From Candidatus Parcubacteria bacterium (GTDB taxonomy: Bacteria > Patescibacteriota > Minisyncoccia > Phycocordibacterales > Zambryskibacteraceae), in assembly GCA_019661785.1 (NCBI GenBank), contig JAIFWP010000001.1, forward strand, positions 11,545-75,544: a DNA stretch of 64,000 bases. Reading direction: 5' to 3'. Position numbers and translations under genes: made by a program. This document shows, in pieces, positions 26,814-34,700 of this stretch; the first letter of the stretch is position 1; every line of letters starts with the position of its first letter. Under the pieces are notes generated by a model, which saw nothing but the letters and a program-made list of their open reading frames with translations, searched no databases and was not told where the DNA came from.

Positions 26814-28014
26814 TCTCTTCTCTTAGTTTTGAAATGAGTTCTTCGATTGAGAGGACTTCCTTAGTGCCGTTGCGACTTTCTACAGTGAGTTTCTGGTCAG
26901 CTACCTCCTTGTCGCCTATGACTATGGCGTAGGGGATTTTCTCGGTTTTCACATTGCGGACCTTCTTGCCCAAAGACTCGCTAGATTCATCGAGTTCGGC
27001 GCGGATGCCCTCGGCTTTTAACTTCTCTGTCACTGACTTTGCGTATTCAAAGTGAGCTTCGCCAATAGGGAGGACCTTCACCTGCACAGGAGCGAGCCAG
27101 AGAGGGAGGACTCCCTCAAGATGCTCAAGGACTACAGCCACGAAGCGTTCAATGGAGCCCATGATAGCGGAGTGGATCATGACTACGCGCTCCTTCTCAC
27201 CTTTTTCGTTCACGCAGGTGAGGTCGAAGCGCTCTGGGAGCTGCATGTCGAGCTGGATGGTAGCTACCTGCCACTCGCGGCCGGCGGCGTTCTTCGCTAC
27301 GAAGTCGAGCTTCGGTCCGTAGAGAGCGGCTTCGCCCGGTCCCTCGAAGAAGTCTGCTCCGCGCTCGGCAGCTATCTCACGCAACTCACTCTCGGCCTTG
27401 TCCCATATAGCTGGAGTGCCAAGGTACTTCTCTGGTGTTGCCGGGTCGCGGAAGGAGAGGCGCACTCGCAGGGTGAAGCCGAAGGCCTTGTAGAAGCTGT
27501 CTACGATATCCCATATCTTATTGAACTCGTCCTTAATCTGCGGAGTGCGGCAGAAGACGTGTGAGTCGTCCTGAGTGATAGAGAGCACGCGAGTAAGGCC
27601 GCCAAGCTCGCCGGACTGCTCGTCGCGGTAGACCATGGTCGTCTCGGCGTAGCGCTGAGGCATCTCGCGATAGCTGTGGGGCTTGCGGGCGAATATCTGT
27701 ATATGGTGAGGGCAGTTCATTGGCTTGAGCGCATACTCCTTGCCCTCGCGCGAAGTAAGCTTGAAGAGGTCATCAGCGAACTTCTCCCAGTGGCCGCTCG
27801 TCTCGTAGAGGTCTCGCTTGGTGATGTGAGGGATAGTGACGCGGTCGTAGTTGTGCTTGGAGCGGAGTTCCCAGACGAACTTGTCTAGCTCGCCGCGCAC
27901 TATTGTACCCTTAGGGGTCCAGAGGGGGAGTCCTGGGCCGACTAGCTCGGAGAAGGTGAAGAGGTCAAGCTCCTTGCCTAACCTGCGGTGGTCGTTGGGT
28001 TCCATTTCAGTCAT
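26797..28014 (-). CDS. thrS: Threonyl-tRNA synthetase, catalytic + anticodon-binding domains only (no TGS/editing N-domains)
   Basis: Begins at the ThrRS core motif DHRRLGKELDLF, has KPMNCPHH, class II motifs and a C-terminal anticodon-binding domain. The upstream ORF extension lacks any TGS/N2 homology. Confidence 0.85.
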   Translation of the reverse strand: MTEMEPNDHRRLGKELDLFTFSELVGPGLPLWTPKGTIVRGELDKFVWELRSKHNYDRVTIPHITKRDLYETSGHWEKFADDLFKLTSREGKEYALKPMNCPHHIQIFARKPHSYREMPQRYAETTMVYRDEQSGELGGLTRVLSITQDDSHVFCRTPQIKDEFNKIWDIVDSFYKAFGFTLRVRLSFRDPATPEKYLGTPAIWDKAESELREIAAERGADFFEGPGEAALYGPKLDFVAKNAAGREWQVATIQLDMQLPERFDLTCVNEKGEKERVVMIHSAIMGSIERFVAVVLEHLEGVLPLWLAPVQVKVLPIGEAHFEYAKSVTEKLKAEGIRAELDESSESLGKKVRNVKTEKIPYAIVIGDKEVADQKLTVESRNGTKEVLSIEELISKLREEIKRRA

Positions 28015-28101
28015 GGAAGAGATTGTAGCATTTTGACAATGAGGCTGGAAGGAGTATAAATATCCAAAGAAAGCATCCCTCAACCTTTTGCCGAGAGACT
28101 T

Positions 28102-28440
28102 ATGCAGATGAGTAAGCAGGCCATGAATATGTTGCTTGTACGCCGCATGCGCGGGAGGATCCCTTCAAGGCTCATCGAGGACATCGCGAGAGAAGAGGCT
28201 CGCAGAGCCAGAACGCGAAACGAGATCGAGAGGCTCTTCAGTCTCCTGACCCCCATCCAATCGAGGCTGCTCCTGATTCATTTTGGGCTTGAGTATCTCT
28301 ACAGCATGCCGGACGACGCAGTGGCCAAGCTCCTGAAGAAGAAGTCGCCGAGGAGCGTGGCACAAATCAAGAGATGGGCCCTGCATAGTCTTCGCAAGGC
28401 CGCGGATGCAAAGAAGCTCATACAGCCAGTCTTCGTCTGA
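28102..28440 (+). CDS. Small stand-alone sigma-70 region-4-like HTH protein
   Basis: LTPIQSRLLLIHFGLEYLYSMPDDAVAKLLKKKSPRSVAQIKRWALHSLRK aligns with sigma region 4 (LTxRErxVLxLRFGL...TxERIRQIExKALRKLR). 112 aa. Confidence 0.5.
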   Translation: MQMSKQAMNMLLVRRMRGRIPSRLIEDIAREEARRARTRNEIERLFSLLTPIQSRLLLIHFGLEYLYSMPDDAVAKLLKKKSPRSVAQIKRWALHSLRKAADAKKLIQPVFV

Positions 28441-28456
28441 AAGGGCGAAAGGCCCG

Positions 28457-28486
28457 GACCCGCGGAACATCGCGGGTCTTGTTTTA
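28457..28486 (+). terminator. Rho-independent terminator
   Basis: gacccgcg-gaacat-cgcgggtc then ttgtttt. Confidence 0.7.
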
Positions 28487-28492
28487 TATAAA

Positions 28493-31400
28493 CTACAAAG
28501 CTTTAAACTTCTCGGCGATGAGCGAGGTCTCGCCGTTCCTCTTCGAGACCTTGCCTTTCACAGCTACACAGTTCTCGAGCGCAATGAACTGCTTGTACTC
28601 CTCATAGACTCTTGGGAAGACGACCACGTCCGTGTCCCCTGAGAGGTCCTCGAGCTTTATGAAGACCATGCGCTCATTCTTCTTTGTAGTCACATCTCTT
28701 ACGTCTGAGATGATGCCGCCAACGACGCATATGGTGTCGACATGGCAGTCAGAGAGCTTCTTGATGTTCATGTCCTTGTCGGTGAGCTTGCCTCTATGCG
28801 CATCAAGCGGGTGGCCAGAGATATATAGGCCCAAAAGGTCCTTCTCCCACTGGAGCTTATCCTTCTGCGTGGCTGCCGGGGCGTTCAAGAGACGGAGACT
28901 TGGCAGAGCCGATACGCCAAAGAGGGAACTCTGCTCGCTCGACTTTTGTTGGCCCTCCTTGTGGTAGCCCAAGAGTAGGTCGATATTGGCAAGCATCTGT
29001 CCTCGCTCACCAAACTCCTCCATAGCACCAGCTTTTATGAGGGACTCTAAAGACTTCTTATTCAAATTCTTATCCTTCACCCTGTCGAGGAAGTCTACGA
29101 GGGATGTGAATTTGCCTCCGCGCTTCCTCTCCTCGATGATGGCGGTTGAGATGCCCTGGCCAAAGTTTTTTATAGTAGTTAGACCGAAGCGTATCTTATA
29201 TTTTTCCTTCTTGTCTGCGCGTGGAGGAACGGTGAATTGCGAGTACGACTCGTTTACTGACGGTGGCAGTACGTCTATGCCCATCCTCTTACACTCGGCG
29301 ACCATGGTCCCGATAGTCTCGACGTCACCCGACTCGGCAGAGAGAACTGCGGACATGTATATCTCCGGATAGTTAGCTTTGAGCCACGCCGTAATGTATG
29401 CAATGTGGCCATAGCTTGCAGCATGAGCCTTGTTGAATCCATAACCCTGGAAGGGGACGAAGAGCTCCCAGAGAGCCTCGGCCTTGTCTCGCGACATGCC
29501 TCCATGTTTAATGCAGCCTTCAACGAACATGACATGCTGCTTCTTCATCTCCTCAGGGATTTTCTTGCCCACGGCTTTGCGGAATTTGTCGACCTCGCCC
29601 CATGAGTATCCGGCGACCTCGATGGCTGTCATAAGAAGGTCGTCTTGGTAGACCAGCACACCATAAGTAGTGTCGAGGAAGTCCTTCATCTTCGGATGCA
29701 TGTATGTGGCAGGCTTCTTGCCGTTCTTGCGCGCTATGTACTCTTGGATGTTGTCCATCGGGCCAGGGCGGTAGAGGGCCACCATGACATTGATGTCGTG
29801 GATGTTGGTTGGCTTCAAGTCCATGAGCGAGCGCGTCATGCCGTCGCCGTTAAGCTGGAAGGTGCCCTCCGTCTCGCCGCGAGCGAGCATCTCGAAGGTC
29901 TTCTTGTCGTCGAGAGGTATGTCTTCAATAGAGATGTCTTTGCCCTCTATCTTCTTCACCCTAGAGATAGCGTCGGCGATGATAGAGAGGTTCCTGATGC
30001 CAAGGAAGTCGAATTTGAGGAGACCTGCTTCCTCTATGGAATACATGTCGTACTGGGTGATGATCTTCTTCTCACCCTTGGTGTCGTACTGTAGAGCTGT
30101 GTACTCAGTGAGAGGCTTCGGCGCGATAACCACTCCTGCGGCATGAACCGAGATGTGCCTGGCATTGCCCTCTATCTTCTCGGCCATGTCGACGATGCGC
30201 TTCACATCCTGGTCGGCGGTGTAGAGCTTTTTGAAATCCGGATTCTCTTTCTTGGCGCGTTCAATGGTCATGGGGAAGCCCTGCGCGCCGATAGGTATCT
30301 GCTTGGCTATCATGTCGCCAGTCGAGACAGGGAAGCCCATAGCTCGCGTAACGTCGCGAACGGCGCCGCGGGCCATCATGGTGCCGAAGGTACCTATCTG
30401 GGCCACTCTGTCAGCACCATACTTCTGTCTGGCATAATCGATGACCTCGTCGCGCCTGTCGTCGGCAAAGTCCATGTCGATATCCGGTGCCGACGGCCTG
30501 TCAGGGTTTAGGAAGCGCTCAAAGGGGAGCTTGAACTCGAGCGGATTGATATTCGTAATGCCAGAGAGGTATGTGACCAAGGAGCCGGCAACCGAGCCTC
30601 TGACATTTGTCAGTATCCCATTATCATGGGCGAAGGAGAGTAGGTCAGACACTACGAGGAAGTACTTCGGGTAGCCCTTATCCTTGATGACTTTGAGCTC
30701 ATACTCTATGCGCTTCATGACTTCCTCGGTAGGCTCGAGCTCGCGGCGCTTCAAGCCAGAGAGGACTATCTCCCGCAAAGCCTCGTCATGAGTCTTACCG
30801 CCCTCGACCTCTATGTCGGGGAAGACCCATTCACCGAGCTTAAGTTCCAAATTGCATATGTCGGCGATTTTTTCCACATTCGCAAGTGCTTCTGGGACAT
30901 CCTTATACATCTTCGCAGCTTCCTTCTGCGTAATGAAGGAGTAGTCCACTTCCTCCTCGTCGAACCCTCGTCCTCCTGTGCCCAAGTGAGACTGGATAGA
31001 GAGCACGGTGTCGCGCGCAGGCCTGTCGCTCGGGCTTAAGTAGAAGACTTCTGGCACGACGACAGGAGCAATGCCTTCCGTGTCAGGAAGTCTCTCTCGA
31101 CTCACGTCTATATAAAGGCTCTCGCCGAAGGTTTCCTTCCACCACTCTGCGTCCTTAGGCAAAGCGGTGAGGATGACGATAAGTCCTTCCCTATACTTCT
31201 CTAAAAGTTCCTTATCGACGCGAGGCTTGTAGTAGAAGCCCTCCAAGTACGAAGTGGATACGAGCTTCAGAAGGTTTTTGTACCCAAGCTCATTTTTCGC
31301 CAAGAGGACTATGCGCGAGCGGGAGGAGTCGACGCGAGCTTCCTTGTCATGGCGGGTGCGTGCGGCGAGATATGCATCAACTCCGATGATTGGTTTAATG

Positions 31401-31582
31401 CCCGCATCCTGGCACTCTTTATAAAACTCAATAGCACCGTAGAGGTTCCCTGAGTCTGTGAGGGCCAGGGCCTCCATACCCTGTTTCTTGGCCTCTTTCA
31501 CCAAATCTGGGATCTTTGGCAGAGCTTCAAGGAGAGAATAATGCGAGTGGGCCCGCAAGTGGACAAAGCCTTTCATGGCCAT
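28493..31582 (-). CDS. dnaE: DNA polymerase III alpha subunit
   Basis: PHP domain FVHLRAHSHYSLLEA..., polymerase core. About 1030 aa from MAMKGFVHL. Confidence 0.92.
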   Translation of the reverse strand: MAMKGFVHLRAHSHYSLLEALPKIPDLVKEAKKQGMEALALTDSGNLYGAIEFYKECQDAGIKPIIGVDAYLAARTRHDKEARVDSSRSRIVLLAKNELGYKNLLKLVSTSYLEGFYYKPRVDKELLEKYREGLIVILTALPKDAEWWKETFGESLYIDVSRERLPDTEGIAPVVVPEVFYLSPSDRPARDTVLSIQSHLGTGGRGFDEEEVDYSFITQKEAAKMYKDVPEALANVEKIADICNLELKLGEWVFPDIEVEGGKTHDEALREIVLSGLKRRELEPTEEVMKRIEYELKVIKDKGYPKYFLVVSDLLSFAHDNGILTNVRGSVAGSLVTYLSGITNINPLEFKLPFERFLNPDRPSAPDIDMDFADDRRDEVIDYARQKYGADRVAQIGTFGTMMARGAVRDVTRAMGFPVSTGDMIAKQIPIGAQGFPMTIERAKKENPDFKKLYTADQDVKRIVDMAEKIEGNARHISVHAAGVVIAPKPLTEYTALQYDTKGEKKIITQYDMYSIEEAGLLKFDFLGIRNLSIIADAISRVKKIEGKDISIEDIPLDDKKTFEMLARGETEGTFQLNGDGMTRSLMDLKPTNIHDINVMVALYRPGPMDNIQEYIARKNGKKPATYMHPKMKDFLDTTYGVLVYQDDLLMTAIEVAGYSWGEVDKFRKAVGKKIPEEMKKQHVMFVEGCIKHGGMSRDKAEALWELFVPFQGYGFNKAHAASYGHIAYITAWLKANYPEIYMSAVLSAESGDVETIGTMVAECKRMGIDVLPPSVNESYSQFTVPPRADKKEKYKIRFGLTTIKNFGQGISTAIIEERKRGGKFTSLVDFLDRVKDKNLNKKSLESLIKAGAMEEFGERGQMLANIDLLLGYHKEGQQKSSEQSSLFGVSALPSLRLLNAPAATQKDKLQWEKDLLGLYISGHPLDAHRGKLTDKDMNIKKLSDCHVDTICVVGGIISDVRDVTTKKNERMVFIKLEDLSGDTDVVVFPRVYEEYKQFIALENCVAVKGKVSKRNGETSLIAEKFKAL

Positions 31583-31611
31583 AGTATAATACAGGCAATG
31601 ATAAGGAACGA

Positions 31612-32202
31612 ATGATGCAGATCGTAGGCATAGACGAAGCCGGCAGAGGGCCACTCGCGGGGCCAGTGGCAGTAGGTGGAGCTCGCGTCGGAACCAATTT
31701 CAATAAAAAATTCTTCAAGGGCATCAAGGACTCCAAACAGCTCTCTGCTGAGGACAGGGAGCTCTGGTTCGCCCTTGCGCAAGAGGGTAAGAAGAAGGGC
31801 GAGCTCGACTTCGCCGTTGCTCTCATCTCCGAGAAGGTTATCGACAAACATGGGATTGCCTACGCCATTCGTCTCGGCATCAAGAGAGTGTTGAAGAGCT
31901 TGGGAGTGTCTACGACCGAGTCGCAGATTTTCCTAGACGGAGGCATCAAGGCGCCGGAAGAATTCAAGCATCAGAAGACGGTGGTGAAGGGGGATGAGAA
32001 GATACCCATCATCTCTCTCGCTTCTATCTGCGCCAAGGTCATACGCGACAGGAAGATGGTCAAATTGTCTCTGAAGTATCCTGAATACGAGTTCGACCTC
32101 CACAAGGGCTACGGCACCTTTATCCACAGAGAGGCTATCAAGAAATATGGCCCTGTAGAGCTCCACAGGCGCAGTTTCCTACGCAAGATTTACGTGGCTT
32201 GA
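31612..32202 (+). CDS. rnhB: Ribonuclease HII
   Basis: MMQIVGIDEAGRGPLAGPV... RNase HII N-terminal catalytic block. TATAAT at 31585-31590. Confidence 0.9.
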   Translation: MMQIVGIDEAGRGPLAGPVAVGGARVGTNFNKKFFKGIKDSKQLSAEDRELWFALAQEGKKKGELDFAVALISEKVIDKHGIAYAIRLGIKRVLKSLGVSTTESQIFLDGGIKAPEEFKHQKTVVKGDEKIPIISLASICAKVIRDRKMVKLSLKYPEYEFDLHKGYGTFIHREAIKKYGPVELHRRSFLRKIYVA

Positions 32203-32228
32203 CAAAGAGCCAATAGCTGTATTATAAT
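32199..32228 (+). promoter_or_regulatory. Near-consensus sigma70 promoter
   Basis: TTGACA at 32199-32204, 17/18-nt spacer, tTATAAT at 32222-32228, embedded in the rnhB 3' end and facing the Nudix gene. Confidence 0.55.
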
Positions 32229-32277
32229 ATAGGGAGAAGTCTGGGACCTACCCGGGCAACCTTCACACGAGGTAACC

Positions 32278-32787
32278 GTGCTGAAAGAGAAGAAACCTAC
32301 GAGCCCCCACAGCTCTAGGATGGTCATAAGCCATCCGGAGAATAAGGATGGGGAAGCGCAGATACTTCTCTTGAAGTGTCAGCCTTTCCCCAACAAGCCT
32401 GAGGATGTCCCTTGGTATGAGATTCCTGGCGGCGACTACAAGCCACAGGCGACTCTCGATGCGCCGAAGGAGACTCCTGAGGAGACCGCCAAGCGCGAGA
32501 CAAGGGAAGAGACTGGTTTGAAAATTCCGCAGAATGCTCCAATCGAAGAGTTCTATCTGGAGATACTGCCGAGCGGCCACAAGAAGCACGGCTTCCATGT
32601 AACTCGGAAGTGCTGCAAGGGCAAGAGGCACAAGACTCCGAGGAACGACGGCAACAAGCGCATCCTTGAGAACGATTGGTTCAAGGTGAGCGACGCTCTC
32701 GCTCTTATCCAGCCAGGAGAGGATGGGCGCACTCAGTACGACATACTCCTCGAGTTCCAACAGTTTATCGCCGGAAAGTCCGGCTAA
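32278..32787 (+). CDS. Nudix hydrolase (Nudix box with insertion)
   Basis: IPGG...E-TPEETAK-RETREETGL reproduces Ex7REUxEExGU, but with 12 rather than 5 residues between GG and the first Glu. GTG start at 32278, alternative ATG at 32320. Confidence 0.68.
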   Translation: MLKEKKPTSPHSSRMVISHPENKDGEAQILLLKCQPFPNKPEDVPWYEIPGGDYKPQATLDAPKETPEETAKRETREETGLKIPQNAPIEEFYLEILPSGHKKHGFHVTRKCCKGKRHKTPRNDGNKRILENDWFKVSDALALIQPGEDGRTQYDILLEFQQFIAGKSG

Positions 32788-32858
32788 GGGCCCCGTCCAC
32801 GACACAGCGTCGAGACGAGGGCCTTTTCCTTTTCCCATATCTCTGTTATATTACAGGC

Positions 32859-33017
32859 ATGGTTGTACGAATGAGATCCACAAGAGCGCACACGGCTAAC
32901 CGCCGTTCGCATCACGCGCTCAAAAATCCCGCACTCTCGAAGGATGCGTCCGGCAAGACGCACTTGCGCCACCGCGCTCACCCAAAGACTGGTGAGTACC
33001 GAGGCCGTAAGGTGTAA
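32859..33017 (+). CDS. rpmF: Ribosomal protein L32
   Basis: MVVRMRSTRAHTANRRSHHALKNPALSKDASGKTHLRHRAHPKTGEYRGRKV matches the L32 consensus (RRSHxAL...ETHLRHH...YRGRKV). Hidden in the 3' part of a longer spurious ORF. Confidence 0.8.
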   Translation: MVVRMRSTRAHTANRRSHHALKNPALSKDASGKTHLRHRAHPKTGEYRGRKV

Positions 33018-33046
33018 GCCAAAACTGTTCTTTATGTCACTAAAAT

Positions 33047-33976
33047 ATGTCGCATAGACATCTTTCGCGCTCAGTAGTGCTGCAGACACTTTTCGAATGG
33101 GACTTTGAGCCCTCGGCAGAGAAGCCTGCTAAGTCGAAGGAGGATGTCGCAGAGATATTCGACAGGAATATAAAAGAGTTCGCCCCCGACTCGAAGGATA
33201 AACCCTTCATGCAGAGTCTTTTAAATAACGTTGTAGGGAAGAAGAAAGATTTAGACATCATCATAGAGAAGGCCGCTCCAGACTGGCCCATAGAGAAGAT
33301 TTCTATCGTCGATAGGAATATTTTGCGTATTGGTCTGGCTGAACTCCTTTTTGCCGATCGTGATGAGGTGCCGCCCAAGGTGGCTATCAACGAGGCTATC
33401 GAGCTTGCCAAGTCCTTTGGTGGAGATACTAGCGGACGCTTCGTTAACGGCGTCCTAGGTGCTGTATATAGAGAGATGGGAGAGCCAGGCAAGGATGATC
33501 CTCCAAAGCCGAGGAAGAAGTATGGCAATGTACCTGACTCCGAGCTCCCAGTAGAGAAGCTCGCAGGGGCTGTGGTCTATGCCAAGGATAGCGGAGAGAC
33601 ATATCTAGCGCTCGTGCATGATGTCTTCGGCCACTGGACTCTCAGCAAGGGTCGCTTAAGCGAAGGGGAGAAGTATGAGGACTGCATAACGCGCAAAGTG
33701 CCTCTTGAGATAGGTGTGCCGGTAACTATAAAAGAGCAGCTCGGCTCGAACTCGTACTCAACCTTCCACCCGGAGAGAGGGAAGATCAGGAAGGAGATAA
33801 ACTACTTCTTAGTCGAGGCTCCATACCAGGAGCTAACTCTAGAGAAGAAGGAGGAGAAGGGAGGTCTCGACGACGTGCGCTGGTTCAAGCTCGCGGATAT
33901 CCTAGACCTTAACTTCTACGACGACATTTTGCCTATAGTTACCAAGGCGCTTCAGATACTGGCCCAAACGAGATAA
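33047..33976 (+). CDS. nusB: NusB antitermination factor fused to a C-terminal degenerate Nudix domain
   Basis: Residues 1-150 NusB (SRSVVLQTLFEWDF..., AINEAIELAKSFGGDTSGRFVNGVLGAV). The C-terminal half has a Nudix fold with box GRLSEGEKYEDCITRKVPLEIGV, where RE is RK and EE is LE. Confidence 0.8.
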   Translation: MSHRHLSRSVVLQTLFEWDFEPSAEKPAKSKEDVAEIFDRNIKEFAPDSKDKPFMQSLLNNVVGKKKDLDIIIEKAAPDWPIEKISIVDRNILRIGLAELLFADRDEVPPKVAINEAIELAKSFGGDTSGRFVNGVLGAVYREMGEPGKDDPPKPRKKYGNVPDSELPVEKLAGAVVYAKDSGETYLALVHDVFGHWTLSKGRLSEGEKYEDCITRKVPLEIGVPVTIKEQLGSNSYSTFHPERGKIRKEINYFLVEAPYQELTLEKKEEKGGLDDVRWFKLADILDLNFYDDILPIVTKALQILAQTR

Positions 33977-33995
33977 ATAGTAGATAGTTAAGAGG

Positions 33996-34685
33996 ATGGA
34001 TTTATCCAAATTCGAGAGCGTCATAGGCGTGAACTTCAAGGACAAAGGCCTCTTGCGTCAGGCTTTTACGCACCGCTCATACATGAACGAGAACCGAGGT
34101 ACAGGCCTCGGCCACAACGAGCGCTTGGAGTTCTTGGGTGACGCGGTGCTCGAGCTCGTCATCACAGACTTTCTATACAAGACATATTCTCAGATGGACG
34201 AGGGCGAGATGACCTCGCTTCGTTCCGCTTTGGTGAATGCCGATACCTGCGCCGAGGTGGCGCAGAGCCTAGGGGTAAACGACTTCCTCCTCCTCTCGAA
34301 GGGTGAGAGCAAGGATAGCGGCAGAGCTCGCGCATATATACTTGCCAACACTCTTGAGGCCATCATCGGAGCTATATATCTAGACCATGACTACGACACG
34401 GCTAAGGAATTTATATACAAAAACATCACTTCTCTCGCCGAGGGTATTATCGAGCGAGGCTCGCACATAGACGCCAAGTCTCAGTTTCAAGCTAAGGCTC
34501 AGGAGGAAGAGGGATTCACTCCGATGTACAGGACTATCGACGAGTCTGGTCCAGACCATGATAAGCATTTCAAGGTAGCGGTGCATGTAGGCGAGAGGAA
34601 ATATGGTGAAGGCGAAGGGAAGTCGAAGCAAGATGCCGAACAAGCCGCCGCAAGAAACGCCCTCAAAGCCAAAGGCTGGGATTAA
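33996..34685 (+). CDS. rnc: Ribonuclease III
   Basis: Signature ERLEFLGDAVLELVITDFLY plus a C-terminal dsRBD. Confidence 0.92.
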   Translation: MDLSKFESVIGVNFKDKGLLRQAFTHRSYMNENRGTGLGHNERLEFLGDAVLELVITDFLYKTYSQMDEGEMTSLRSALVNADTCAEVAQSLGVNDFLLLSKGESKDSGRARAYILANTLEAIIGAIYLDHDYDTAKEFIYKNITSLAEGIIERGSHIDAKSQFQAKAQEEEGFTPMYRTIDESGPDHDKHFKVAVHVGERKYGEGEGKSKQDAEQAAARNALKAKGWD

Positions 34686-34700
34686 GCTATAATTGAGGTA

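Noticed and set aside
32263-32838. 191-aa minus-strand ORF overlapping the Nudix gene.
   Set aside because: The plus-strand frame carries a recognisable Nudix box and is fed by a consensus promoter. The minus-strand product has no motif and a shadow-ORF composition.
32676-32858. Upstream extension of the rpmF reading frame (113-aa ORF 32676-33017).
   Set aside because: Only the last 53 codons match L32. The extension overlaps the Nudix gene 3' end and has no L32 homology, so the real start is taken as ATG 32859.
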